DNA of 64,000 nucleotides from an uncultured bacterium (GCA_963801165.1 CAWDDT010000006.1:64001-128000), one strand, 5' to 3'. Counted from the stretch's first letter, positions 28,526-38,609 are shown. The notes: a model not told the origin generated them from the letters alone. Translations and numbers: made by a program.

Positions 28526-30763
28526 ATGTCAAACGCGCTATACCGACTGGGCCGGTTTGCTGCCGGGCACCCCTGGCGAGTCATCGCCACATGGCTCATC
28601 ATCTCGGTCCTGGTCATCGGAACGTCCGCCACCCTCGGTGAGACCCTCAAGGAGTCGACGGCCGTACCCGGCCTCGATTCACAGCAAGCGACCGACCTGC
28701 TCACCGCGGCGCACTCGGATTCTGCCGGCCTATCTGCCGAGGTCGTCGTCACTCCCCGCAATGGGGCGACGTTCTTCGATTCTGCGGCGGCTCGAGCCGA
28801 CCTCGCCACGGTGGGAGAGATGGTGAACGACCTGCCAAACGTGCTCTATGCATCCGATCCCGCCGGGACGCTCGCGGAGGGGGCGGAGGCGGCAATCACA
28901 AGCGGGTCCGTTTCCGCAGACGGGCGGATCGCCCTCATCCGCGTTCGATACCCGGTCGCCGAGCAACTCAGCGCAGTCGATCTGGACAACTTCAAGAACA
29001 TGGCCGCCGCCGCTGCCGCCACGACCTCCCTGACGGTCGAGATCAGGGGTGACCTGTTCTTCTCGTTCGAATCCGGCGAGACCAATGCCGGTGAGATGAT
29101 TGGCCTGGTCGTGGCCGCAGTCATACTGCTGATCGCGTTCGGCTCCCTGCTCGCGATGGGTCTCCCGATCGGCATTGCCCTTTTCGGCATCGGGATCGGG
29201 GTAGCTGCGATGCCGCTGATCACGTATCTGATCGAGATCCCCAGCTTTGCTCCGGAGATGGCGAGCATGATCGGGCTCGGTGTCGGCATCGACTACGCCT
29301 TGTTCCTCGTTACCCGGCACCGCGAACACCTGGCTCTTGGTATGACCGTCGTCGATGCCGCGGGGAGGGCTACCGCCACCGCCGGCCAGGCCATCGTGTT
29401 CGCCGGTGGCACAGTGGTCATCGCCATTCTCGGCATGGGTGTCGCCGGTCTCCCGTTCATGACGGCAGGTGGGGTGGCGTCTGCGTTCATCGTGATGGTG
29501 ATGGTCTTCGCCTCCATCACGTTGCTCCCGGCCTTCCTCGGTCTCGCCGGATACCGCATGAAGCGGCTCAGCCTGCACCGGAGGCGCGCAACCCACCGGC
29601 GGGGTAAGGCGCCCATCTGGATGCGGTGGGGCCGGCACGTCTCCGGCCACGCCAAGACCTACGCCGTCGGGTCTGCGGTGCTGTTGTTGGCGCTGACGAC
29701 ACCGGTGCTCGCGCTGCGGCTCGGCTTTCCCGACGACGGCACGTTGCCCCAAACCCGGACCGAGCGCAGGGCCTACGATCTAGTCGCCGAGGGCTTCGGA
29801 CGCGGCGCCAACGGTCCGCTGCTCATCGCAGTCGACATCTCCGGGGATGCCACCGTCGTCGATCCGCTCAAAGTGGCGGTGGCGGCCGACGCCGGGATTG
29901 CAGCGGTGGCGCCGCCGGAAGTGAACACCGCCGCGGGAGTAGCCACGTTGGTCGCGTTCCCCACGACGGCGCCCCAGGACGATGCGACGGTCGACACGAT
30001 TAGGAGGCTTCGCAACGACGTGTTCCCACCCATCCTCGGGAACAGTCCGGCCGAGGCTCACGTCGGCGGGCTGACCGCGAGCTTCGCCGACATGGGTGAG
30101 AAGGTGACCGGGCGGCTCCCGTACTTCATCGGTACTGTGATCCTGCTGTCCTTCCTTCTACTGACGATGCTTTTCCGGTCGGTGCTGGTTCCGCTCAAAG
30201 CGGCACTGCTCAACCTCCTCAGCATCGGCGCTGCATATGGAGTGCTGGTGATGGTGTTCCAGTGGGGGTGGGGAGCGAGTCTGATCGGTCTCGAGTCGAC
30301 GGTCCCGATCGTGTCGTTCATACCGATGTTCATGTTCGCTGTGCTATTTGGCCTGTCGATGGACTACGAGGTGTTCCTGCTGTCCCGGATTCGCGAGGAG
30401 TACCTGCTCAGCAGGGACAATCAGGACGCCGTCATAAACGGCATCGCCGGTACAGCCAGGGTGATCACCTCCGCTGCCTTGATCATGATCTCGGTGTTCC
30501 TCGGCTTCGTGCTGGGTACCGACCCGAGCATCAAGATGGTGGGTCTGGGCCTGGCAACCGCAATCCTGGTGGATGCCACCGTCGTCCGGATGGTCCTCGT
30601 CCCAGCAACGATGAAGCTGCTCGGCGACGCCAACTGGTGGATCCCACGGTGGCTCGATCGAGTCCTGCCAACGATTCACATAGAGGGCGAGGCCGGGCTG
30701 CCTGAGCCTGAGTTTGTGATCGGCAGCCCGGTCGGCTCACCGGAACTGGCTCAGGTGAGCTGA
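28526..30763 (+). CDS. MMPL family transporter
   Basis: GVGIDYALF, FGLSMDYEVFL, two TM blocks. Confidence 0.95.
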   Translation: MSNALYRLGRFAAGHPWRVIATWLIISVLVIGTSATLGETLKESTAVPGLDSQQATDLLTAAHSDSAGLSAEVVVTPRNGATFFDSAAARADLATVGEMVNDLPNVLYASDPAGTLAEGAEAAITSGSVSADGRIALIRVRYPVAEQLSAVDLDNFKNMAAAAAATTSLTVEIRGDLFFSFESGETNAGEMIGLVVAAVILLIAFGSLLAMGLPIGIALFGIGIGVAAMPLITYLIEIPSFAPEMASMIGLGVGIDYALFLVTRHREHLALGMTVVDAAGRATATAGQAIVFAGGTVVIAILGMGVAGLPFMTAGGVASAFIVMVMVFASITLLPAFLGLAGYRMKRLSLHRRRATHRRGKAPIWMRWGRHVSGHAKTYAVGSAVLLLALTTPVLALRLGFPDDGTLPQTRTERRAYDLVAEGFGRGANGPLLIAVDISGDATVVDPLKVAVAADAGIAAVAPPEVNTAAGVATLVAFPTTAPQDDATVDTIRRLRNDVFPPILGNSPAEAHVGGLTASFADMGEKVTGRLPYFIGTVILLSFLLLTMLFRSVLVPLKAALLNLLSIGAAYGVLVMVFQWGWGASLIGLESTVPIVSFIPMFMFAVLFGLSMDYEVFLLSRIREEYLLSRDNQDAVINGIAGTARVITSAALIMISVFLGFVLGTDPSIKMVGLGLATAILVDATVVRMVLVPATMKLLGDANWWIPRWLDRVLPTIHIEGEAGLPEPEFVIGSPVGSPELAQVS

Positions 30764-30794
30764 CCGGGCGAACCCGAGCTACACCTCGGGGAGC

Positions 30795-30819
30795 GTCTCA
30801 CCCTGTGCGGCGGTGAGAC
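30795..30819. terminator. 8-bp hairpin between convergent genes
   Basis: GTCTCACC...GGTGAGAC; no U tract. Confidence 0.35.
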
Positions 30820-30909
30820 CGCAGATCGCGTCCGGGCCTTGGCCTACGGGTGCCAAGCCCCGCCGACGATGCCCGACGATCGGGCGACGTACCAGGCGAG
30901 TTCCTTCAT
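30820..30909 (-). pseudogene. N-terminal remnant of a ferric-reductase/MsrQ-like membrane protein
   Basis: MKELAWYVARSSGIV coupled to the apbE stop (ATGA overlap); stop at 30844 after 21 codons; GTRRPRP continues in another frame. Confidence 0.65.
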
Positions 30910-31850
30910 GGTGAGATTCCTTCTCTGAACAACTGGTGTGGGATGAAATCTGTGAATCTGCTGAGCCCCGGAGTACAAAGGACGGCCCCGTCCCGGGTCA
31001 CTGCCATTGCCTCCAGGCCGGTTCCGGAGACGAGCTCGAGCCAGCCATCGGAGCCGGCGAGGAGACACGCCTTGGCGATGACCTCGGCTCGCCAGGCGCT
31101 GGCTCCCACGACTGACACCAGGGTGAGGTCCGTCTCCGCAGGATTTCCCGTAGCGGGGTCTATCAGGTGATGGCGAACCTCGCTGCCGCTCGTCCACCGG
31201 CGCAACAGACTTGTCGAGGTGGCGACGGCTCCCGTAGCGAGTCCGAGCGTCGTCAGCGGGTCGGTTGTTTCAGGGTGGTCGATTGCGATCGTCCACCCCT
31301 CCTCCTGTGGGGCGAGACCTTCGACATGGATGTCACCTCCGAGATTGATGCAAACACCGGCGGCCCCGGCAGCGCTTAGCTCCGCTGCCACCGTGTCTGC
31401 GGCGAGGCCCTTGCCGATGCCTCCCGGGTCGAACCCCGTTCCCGGTGCGAGCAGGACCGTTGGCCCGATCACGTTGATCGAACCAGGGAACAGGTCGCTG
31501 ATCCCGCGAGGATCGCCCGGGAGCTGGTCGAACGGTCTGTCGTATCCGGCTCTGATGACGTCGCCCAACACGGTGGCGTCGAATCGGCCACCGGTGATGT
31601 GGTTCGCCTCTAGAGCCCTGGCAACAAGTAGCCGGGTGTCATCGGACACCAACACCGGGATTCCTTGTGAACGGTTGAGTATCGAGATCTCGCTAGTCGG
31701 GACGAACCGGCTCCATCTCCGCTCCAGCTCATCGATCCGGGAGCGGGCGACGCCGACCGCATCGGAGTGGCCCCCGACCACGATGATGTGGCACTCCGAG
31801 CCCATTGCCCGAAAGCGCAGTTCTGCGGAGGTGGCGTGATCAGCTGCCAT
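30906..31850 (-). CDS. apbE: FAD:protein FMN transferase (ApbE family)
   Basis: FRAMG, SRF..SEIS.LN, FDPGGIGKG, NLGGD, ATS, HHLIDPATG. Confidence 0.93.
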   Translation of the reverse strand: MAADHATSAELRFRAMGSECHIIVVGGHSDAVGVARSRIDELERRWSRFVPTSEISILNRSQGIPVLVSDDTRLLVARALEANHITGGRFDATVLGDVIRAGYDRPFDQLPGDPRGISDLFPGSINVIGPTVLLAPGTGFDPGGIGKGLAADTVAAELSAAGAAGVCINLGGDIHVEGLAPQEEGWTIAIDHPETTDPLTTLGLATGAVATSTSLLRRWTSGSEVRHHLIDPATGNPAETDLTLVSVVGASAWRAEVIAKACLLAGSDGWLELVSGTGLEAMAVTRDGAVLCTPGLSRFTDFIPHQLFREGISP

Positions 31851-32145
31851 GGCTCGAGGTGAGGGACGGGCGTGACGACGAGGAGCCCGAGGGCACGGCT
31901 GATGACGACTGGCTGATCCGGGCTTCGGTTGTGGTTGTAGTTGTGGTCGCCGGCGAGCCGTCTGCCGCAGCGGCAACGGTCGATGAGTCGGCGGATGTCG
32001 CAGCCGTGGCGCTGTCTGGCGTTGTGTACATTGCACCAACCAGCGCGACGCCGGCCATTGCCGAGGCAGCGCCTGTCAGCATTCGGGACCGTTTCGCCGG
32101 GTGTCGACGTCTATTCGGTGGTCTGGGTGTGGTCTGATTTGTCAT
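31840..32145 (-). CDS. Small secreted/anchored Ser/Thr-rich protein, candidate ApbE substrate
   Basis: Arg-rich n-region, hydrophobic helix, S/T/A linker, terminal TSSHGS; GGAGG SD; overlaps apbE start. Confidence 0.75.
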   Translation of the reverse strand: MTNQTTPRPPNRRRHPAKRSRMLTGAASAMAGVALVGAMYTTPDSATAATSADSSTVAAAADGSPATTTTTTTEARISQSSSAVPSGSSSSRPSLTSSHGS

Positions 32146-32187
32146 TTCGGTACCTCCTGTACTGACACCGATGATCACGAGGGACTC

Positions 32188-32215
32188 TGGGAGACAGCTT
32201 TGAGCGGGTTATGAG
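32188..32215 (-). promoter_or_regulatory. 11-bp-period direct repeats, OmpR-like operator
   Basis: Minus strand CTCATA-N5-CTCAAA-N5-CTCCCA upstream of the apbE operon. Confidence 0.45.
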
Positions 32216-32443
32216 GCGGGTAGGAGGATCCTCAGGGAACCCGGTGAATCCGGAGTCGCTTCGCCGACGCCATGGGAGGATGTGTCATCGGGGCAGTACG
32301 CCGCGGGCATGAAATGTGCGGGAGCTGCGATGATCGGTCGATTGCACGTTGCGACCGGTCTGGGTGTCGGATCCGGACGCGGCCGCAGCGTTCGTGCCGC
32401 CAATACGCCGAGCTGCTACGGGGTGTCTCGGATGTCCGCCGGG

Positions 32444-33433
32444 TCAGCGGTCAGAGTGGGGGAAGCCCTCCAGGCTCAGGATACCGATTATGTCGCCATG
32501 GGTCTCCCGGCGGGCAGCGGACACCGGAAGTCCCGTCGCGTCGACGATCCGGTTGTACAGCTCGAAAGCGCCGGCCACGGCCGCCGCTCGCACTGCGGGG
32601 ACGGGCCCGATGACGGCGGCGAGCGCTGCCGCGGGCGTGGCGTCGACGGTGGTACCTACCGCGGCATTGCCCAGAGCAGCAAGCTCGGCACCGCCGGGCA
32701 CACCGACGGGGGTTCCGGGGCGAAGCAAGGCGGCAAGGTCGACATCCCGTCCCGTTGACTGGGCGCTCCACCTGAGCATCCCTGCGTGCGCGAGTGTTCA
32801 GTAGAAGCAGTTGTTGGCGTGGGAAACAGTGCTGGCGACGATCTCGATCTGGGTCCGATGGAGGTCGTCGATGGTTGTGTCGGGGTCCTCCATTTGTGCA
32901 CCGGTCATATATAGCGTCTCTGCGGTGACGTTCGTGGCCGCCTGAGCGGGAGGCACCAGGGACAGCACGTTGGGCGGTACCGGAAGGTCGGTCATCGACA
33001 CCCAAGTCTTGCCGCGCTTGGGCAGGCCAGCCGGAGCCACCGCAACGGGCGCGCCCGGTACCGGGTCAGGGAACGGCTCGGGGGCGACACCGACGAGACG
33101 CGAGAACGTGTCGACCGCGACAACACGGGCTACCAAGCCGACAAGCTCGACATATGCGGGTTCGCCGACCGCGGTGACGCAGCTCTCGACGAACGCTTGT
33201 GACGTTGCCGACGGTGAGGCGGAGAGCGTGCGAACGGTCTCCTCGATTTCAGCAGGGAGTCCGGTGGCCGGGGTGTCGAGCCGCAGGCGTGCAGCACGGG
33301 TGAGCCTGGCCATGGCCACCCGATCGGCTCCGGACCAGACGCTCCCGGGTGTGGCGAGGCCGGTCCATGTCTCCTGGCACATGGAGACGATTGAGGAAGG
33401 AATCGGGAACGGGCTGCCGGAAAATGCAAACAT
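32444..33433 (-). CDS. AhpD-related alkylhydroperoxidase selenoprotein (Sec at TGA 32798-32800)
   Basis: QIEIVASTVSHANNCFY-TGA-TLAHAGMLR in one frame, giving a CxxU...H motif; SECIS-like hairpin follows. Confidence 0.8.
32761..32782 (-). promoter_or_regulatory. Putative bacterial SECIS element
   Basis: GGG-A-UGCUC-[AGGUG]-GAGCG-CCC; stem begins 15 nt after the UGA. Confidence 0.7.
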
Positions 33434-33566
33434 CGAGCCGACCTTAGTGCACCTACGTGGGATGCGCTCATCCGGGTGGAATACACCGTAACCGTCCGCC
33501 GTTCCAGCCACTAGCAAGCCACATTCCACCGGTCTGCCAGGACTACATGGGGAGGAGCCAACGCTT

Positions 33567-35054
33567 GTGAGAACGCCCGGGGGGTCGAACTCTGGAGACC
33601 GGATTAGCGTGGCCGGATCGGGTGATCCGGCCGCAAATCCCGGGTCGTCGCCGCATATGAGGGTCGTTGTCGTCGTTGCCATCCTGGCCGCAGCCTGGGT
33701 TGTCTTCGCAGCAACGGATCGGCAACCCACCGGGAGGGGCGATCCTCCTCAAAACGATGCCGCGGCCGAGCTCGACCTTCTCACTTCTGCTCAGCCCTCG
33801 TTCATCGACGCCTGGATCCCGGGTGGGATCAACGGCGACGTCGAAGTGTCCACGATAGCCAGGCTCGGCGAGCATCTGGTCGCGGTCGGGAGCGCCAACG
33901 ATCGTGCCGGCGTCTGGACGTCGCGCTTCGGGGATCGGTGGGATGGCGTCACCCTCACTGGCCGTGCCCAACCAGAAGGGTCGTCGATCACGAGCGTCGT
34001 GCGCTGGGAGGGTCATACATACGGTTACGGGCCGTACGGTTCGGGTCTCGGGGTGTGGCGGGCGCAGTCGTACGACGAGTGGGAGTACGTCGCAACGGTC
34101 CTCAGCGGCGAGGCGGTCGTCGATGTCGCTGCGGCGGGAAACCTGCTCGCGGTGACTACCGAAGCCGGCGGCGCGATGGCGATATACACGTCTGGCGACG
34201 GTGTCGATTGGTCCATGGTCAACCCGCACGGTCTAGATGCGGCGAGCCGGATTCAGACGCTAGCGAGCTTCGACGGCTGGTTCTATGCGGCCGGGAGCGA
34301 CTGCGCCGATGGTGTCTGCCGCCCCTCCCTGCACAGGTCCGAGACGGGCATCACCTGGGAGACGGTCACGCTTCCGACCCTGTCGGCCGGCGTGATCAAC
34401 GACATCGTCACGACCGGGCGCGGTCTGATCGCGGTAGGCACCGTGGAGGCCGGGGATGGCGCCAGCCAGGCTCTCATCCTGGGCTCCGACGACGCTGGTC
34501 GCTGGCACGATATCGACGGTGGGGACAGCTTCGCTCAGGCACGGGTCACGGTCGCGGTGCTGGCCGCCGACCTCGAGAAGGACACGGCGACGCTCTTGAT
34601 CGACGGGGAGTCACACGAGATCGCCGAAGGAGCATCCGTCGTCACCGACGCTGGACGATTCTCGGTCGGTCGCATCGCTGCCGATCAGGCCACACTGGTG
34701 CTGCCCACGGGAACGCGGCCGGTCGCGGTCGGGGAGACGGCAATGCTCGTGGCCGGGGCAGCGCTACAGGAGGTCACCGCGAGCGGGGATCGGATCGTCG
34801 TCACGGGCCACCGGCCGAGCCGGGGTGCACCGGCGACCACTGGTGTTGCTGGTGTCTGGTCGAGCGCCGATGGCGGCGACAACTGGGTTCGCGTCGTTCC
34901 CGACGACGGCCGCTGGGGCGGGGCCGTCATCGCGTATTCGTCTGGTTCGTCAATTGTGTTGACAGCTCCCGCCGCCAACGAGGCTGCCACCTGGGCTAGT
35001 GCGTGGAGAACGCGCGCCGCCGACGAGCTTGACTACGCCGAACCCGGGGCGTGA
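33567..35054 (+). CDS. Membrane-anchored/secreted beta-propeller-like protein with BNR-type repeats
   Basis: N-terminal TM helix; repeated S.DG..W boxes; GGAGGAG SD before GTG. Confidence 0.7.
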   Translation: MRTPGGSNSGDRISVAGSGDPAANPGSSPHMRVVVVVAILAAAWVVFAATDRQPTGRGDPPQNDAAAELDLLTSAQPSFIDAWIPGGINGDVEVSTIARLGEHLVAVGSANDRAGVWTSRFGDRWDGVTLTGRAQPEGSSITSVVRWEGHTYGYGPYGSGLGVWRAQSYDEWEYVATVLSGEAVVDVAAAGNLLAVTTEAGGAMAIYTSGDGVDWSMVNPHGLDAASRIQTLASFDGWFYAAGSDCADGVCRPSLHRSETGITWETVTLPTLSAGVINDIVTTGRGLIAVGTVEAGDGASQALILGSDDAGRWHDIDGGDSFAQARVTVAVLAADLEKDTATLLIDGESHEIAEGASVVTDAGRFSVGRIAADQATLVLPTGTRPVAVGETAMLVAGAALQEVTASGDRIVVTGHRPSRGAPATTGVAGVWSSADGGDNWVRVVPDDGRWGGAVIAYSSGSSIVLTAPAANEAATWASAWRTRAADELDYAEPGA

Positions 35055-35815
35055 TCCGGATGCCGGGGGACATCACGGCCGGCCATCTGTGTACCGGCCA
35101 TCGGTGTACCGGCCATCTGTGTAGTTGACGAGGTCGGGTCCTGTGGCACCGTGCGATTCAACCAAGCTGGATAACTCATGTCGACGCCCAGGGGGGTTAT
35201 CACTGATTCAGGCAATCCCGCGGCCGCCACGAACGCTGCCGCGGATTTCTCGAGCAGGCCGAGTCTCTGATCAGGGCCTCCCCAGGCCTCGAGGGCGAAG
35301 GTCCACACTTCGACACCGGCTACCGAGACGGCGGCCAACTCGATGTCACATCCGGGCACGGTCAGGTTTCCCGGGGTCACTTCCACGACTCTGTCCGGGG
35401 CGGAGAAGTGGTAGGTCCTGGTGAGAATTACCTTGTGTACGTCGGTCCACTTGTGTGCCGTGGCGCCCGGCCCCGGGGGCGTGCCAATTACCTTGCGCCA
35501 TTGTTCGGTGCGGCCCGAGAGACGTGAATCCAGGCACACGACAGGCCCGCGGGCGAGACATGTCTTGATCTCGAATGTTCCGCGATTGCGGCGCTTGCGT
35601 CCGACCGACGGTGCCGCGCCGACGAGATAAGAATCGTCGCGCACTTCGAGGCTGCCCCATCTTCCCGCCGAAGTGAACCAATTCACGAGCCGGCGCGGCA
35701 TAGGGCCCGCGGCGAACCAGCGGACCTCCGTAGTATCGAACGGGATCCGGGGGAGCGACGAGCCAATGAGTTGCTCCGAGCTGAGGCTCTCAAACGTGGT
35801 GCGCGCCGCTTCCAT
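35033..35815 (-). CDS. Hypothetical protein, possibly CYTH-like
   Basis: TEVRWF, RDDSYL, FEIK, CDIEL, FALEAWG. Confidence 0.6.
   Translation of the reverse strand: MEAARTTFESLSSEQLIGSSLPRIPFDTTEVRWFAAGPMPRRLVNWFTSAGRWGSLEVRDDSYLVGAAPSVGRKRRNRGTFEIKTCLARGPVVCLDSRLSGRTEQWRKVIGTPPGPGATAHKWTDVHKVILTRTYHFSAPDRVVEVTPGNLTVPGCDIELAAVSVAGVEVWTFALEAWGGPDQRLGLLEKSAAAFVAAAGLPESVITPLGVDMSYPAWLNRTVPQDPTSSTTQMAGTPMAGTQMAGRDVPRHPDHAPGSA
35079..35123. repeat. 15-bp tandem repeat x3 near the 3' end of a CDS
   Basis: CCGGCCATC(T/G)GTGTA x3, encoding TQMAG/TPMAG/TQMAG. Confidence 0.9.
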
Positions 35816-35911
35816 GAGCCACGAATCCTAGAGGTCGCGGACCCGCGCATCCAGGGGATATGGGCGCCCGCAGCACACGCAAGTGGTCGGTGGCCATGGG
35901 GGCCCTGCCGC

Positions 35912-36328
35912 TCACGGCGTTGTGGGTTCGTCGGCCAGCTCCTCGAAGATGGTCAGTTGCAGCCCTGCCGGGGCCTCGAGCCGCGAATTGAGAGAACGCC
36001 ACGGTGTCTCGACCGGGGGAGCCACGAGAGTCGCCCCGGCTTTCACCAGGGCATTTGTCATCACGCGGGCGTCGTTGACCTCGATGGCGACACGGATCTC
36101 GCGGCTCACCAGCCGACCCACCTCCAGATCATCGATCAGCCGCCTCTGGGCAGCGTTGACGATCTCGAGTGTGGCCCTGCCGGCCTGCAGCGCCATTACC
36201 TTCGCATCGTGATCGCTCTCGACATAGAACTCCTCCTTCATGCCGAGCGCATCCCGATAGAAGGCGACCGCCTGGTCGAAATCCTCCACAGCGACCACAA
36301 GCCGCAGTTGCCTGACCAACTGATCCAT
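35912..36328 (-). CDS. VOC/glyoxalase family protein
   Basis: AVAFYRDALG, GRATLE, ETPWRSLNSRL. Confidence 0.88.
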   Translation of the reverse strand: MDQLVRQLRLVVAVEDFDQAVAFYRDALGMKEEFYVESDHDAKVMALQAGRATLEIVNAAQRRLIDDLEVGRLVSREIRVAIEVNDARVMTNALVKAGATLVAPPVETPWRSLNSRLEAPAGLQLTIFEELADEPTTP

Positions 36329-36616
36329 ACGTACACCTCCAGCGCGGAGGGTACCCGGACGGAAGGGGGCGATCGCGCTGTGACGAGAGGCGCACCGCTT
36401 CGGGCGACGTCGGGTCCGGGTCGAGCCCATCATCGGCCATATTGCAGCGGGGAGAGCCGCGGGACATAGCCGGCGCCGGATGGGCGAGCAAATGTCAGAT
36501 CATGTTGACGTGACACGGGTCCGAGCCATAGCCTCGCGACAGACAGCATGTTCTGAGCCCGGCGTCCTAACCTGTCTGTATCGCCGCCCGATCGATCCTT
36601 GCGAGGAGACCGCAAA

Positions 36617-38386
36617 ATGTCATCAAAGCCGAGGGTTCCGTCTGACCTCGAAATCGCCAAGGCCGCAACCGTTCGGCCGATTGCCGACATCGCCGAGAAG
36701 ATCGGGGTCGCGCCCGAGCACCTCATCCCCTACGGCTATACCAAGGCCAAGGTGCACCTCGACATCCTCAAGGAGCTCAAGAGCCGTCCTTTGGGCAGGT
36801 ACGTCGACGTGACAGCGATCACGCCGACGCCGCTGGGTGAAGGCAAGACCACGGTTACCGTCGGTCTCACCCAGGGGTTGGGTCAGCTCGGGCACAACGC
36901 CATTGCGGCGATTCGGCAGCCTTCGATGGGGCCGACGTTTGGGATCAAGGGTGGTGCCGCCGGTGGCGGGTACAGCCAGGTCATCCCGATGGACGACTTC
37001 AACCTCCATCTCACCGGCGACATTCACGCCGTGTCCGTCGCCCATAACCTCGTGGCCGCAGCCATCGACGCTCGCCGCTACCACGAGCGCAGGCTCAGTG
37101 ACAAGGAGCTCTCCGACGTTGGCCTGAGACGGTTGGAGATAGACCTCTTCGAAGGCACCTGGAAGCGCGTCGTGGATGTGAACGACCGGGCCTTGCGCAA
37201 CGTCATCATCGGCCTTGGCGGCAAGATGGACGGGAGGCCGCGGGAAACGGGATACGACATCGCGGTGGCCAGCGAGCTGATGGCGATCCTTGCGCTCGCC
37301 GACGGCGACTCGTATCGATCCGCGCTCAGGAGCCTCCGGGAGCGGGTCGGCAACGTCGTCATCGGGCCCGATCGTTATGGCAAGCCGGTAACCCTCGACG
37401 ATCTCGAGGTCGCGGGTGCCGTGACGGTTCTCATGAGAGACGCCCTGCACCCCAACCTGATGCAGACGCTCGAAGGGCAAGCGGCCTTTGTCCACGCCGG
37501 ACCGTTCGCCAACATTGCACATGGGAATTCGTCCATCCTCGCCGACCGGGTGGCTTTGCGGCTGGGCGACTACGTCGTTACGGAGTCGGGGTTCGGCGCC
37601 GATATCGGGATGGAGAAGTTCTTCGATATCAAGTGCCGCATCTCGGGCCTGCGCCCGAATGCCGTCGTTCTGGTAGCGACCATCCGCGCCCTGAAGACTC
37701 ACGGTGGTGGTCCCCGTGTGGTACCGGGCAAGCCGCTTCACAAGGCGTACACCGAGAAGAACCTGAACCTGCTTCGTGCCGGGATCGGTAACCTCGAGGC
37801 GCATATCGCCAACGCCAAGAAGTTCGGGATTCCTGTCGTTGTCGCGGTTAACAAGTTCGCCACCGACGATCCCTCCGAGATTGACTATGTCAAGACCGCG
37901 GCGTTGGACGCAGGAGCTTTTGCCGCTGTGGAAGCGGACCCGTGGGCCAGCGGCGGACCGGGCTGTGTCGAGCTCGCCGAAGCGGTTGTGGCCGCCTGCG
38001 AGGAACCGTCCGACTTCAAGTTCCTGTATGAGTTGAATCGCCCTATCGCAGAGAAGATCGAGAAGATCGCGACCGAGATCTACGGCGCGTCGGGTATCGA
38101 GCTGACTCCGCAGGCCAAGGCGCAGATCGACGGGTACGAGGAGAACGGCTTCGGCTACCTGCCCATCTGCATGGCGAAGACGCATCTCAGCATGAGCCAC
38201 GACCCAAAGCTGAAGGGCGCTCCCAAGGACTTCGTTCTGCCGGTGCGCGAGGTGCGAGCCTCGGTCGGCGCCGGCTTCATCTACCCCATCACGGGAACGA
38301 TGAGGACGATGCCCGGCCTTGGCACAAGGCCTGCGTACATGAACGTCGACATCGACGAGGATGGCGAAGTGGTCGGCCTGTTCTGA
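36617..38386 (+). CDS. fhs: Formate--tetrahydrofolate ligase
   Basis: TPTPLGEGKTT, KGGAAGGGYSQV, HAGPFANIAHG, TMPGL. Confidence 0.97.
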   Translation: MSSKPRVPSDLEIAKAATVRPIADIAEKIGVAPEHLIPYGYTKAKVHLDILKELKSRPLGRYVDVTAITPTPLGEGKTTVTVGLTQGLGQLGHNAIAAIRQPSMGPTFGIKGGAAGGGYSQVIPMDDFNLHLTGDIHAVSVAHNLVAAAIDARRYHERRLSDKELSDVGLRRLEIDLFEGTWKRVVDVNDRALRNVIIGLGGKMDGRPRETGYDIAVASELMAILALADGDSYRSALRSLRERVGNVVIGPDRYGKPVTLDDLEVAGAVTVLMRDALHPNLMQTLEGQAAFVHAGPFANIAHGNSSILADRVALRLGDYVVTESGFGADIGMEKFFDIKCRISGLRPNAVVLVATIRALKTHGGGPRVVPGKPLHKAYTEKNLNLLRAGIGNLEAHIANAKKFGIPVVVAVNKFATDDPSEIDYVKTAALDAGAFAAVEADPWASGGPGCVELAEAVVAACEEPSDFKFLYELNRPIAEKIEKIATEIYGASGIELTPQAKAQIDGYEENGFGYLPICMAKTHLSMSHDPKLKGAPKDFVLPVREVRASVGAGFIYPITGTMRTMPGLGTRPAYMNVDIDEDGEVVGLF

Positions 38387-38408
38387 GGCCCACAGGAGGA
38401 TGAGCGGG

Positions 38409-38609
38409 CTACGCCTGGGAAGAGCTCCGGAGCCTGTCGGCCAACGGGTCAGGGCCGTGATCCGGTATGAGGCCCTCGAGTGCCTTGAACTTGTGATCCA
38501 TGTGGGGGAAGTTCATTGCCGCCATGTATTCATTCTGGAAATCCGGATCGACGGGCAACTCGATCCGCTGGATCGTCCGGGCAATGTGTTGGGCTTCGAG
38601 ACGGAGCCG
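38409..38609 (-). pseudogene. C-terminal remnant of an ASKHA/DUF4445 (RACo-type corrinoid activator) protein
   Basis: LEAQHIARTIQRIELPVDPDFQNEYMAAMNFPH resembles the RACo C-terminus; no start; overlaps the metF 3' end. Confidence 0.65.

Noticed and set aside
36500-36616. ZTP or THF riboswitch upstream of fhs
   Set aside because: Consensus motifs not seen. An SD-pairing arm (CCTCGCGA 36532-36539) overlaps the likely -10 TAGCCT and so is probably not transcribed; only one hairpin (36539-36579) remains.
36623-38200. Long antisense ORFs (also 49908-51731, 3502-4605, 59666-61042)
   Set aside because: Shadow frames of well-supported genes in high-GC DNA; no recognisable motifs.
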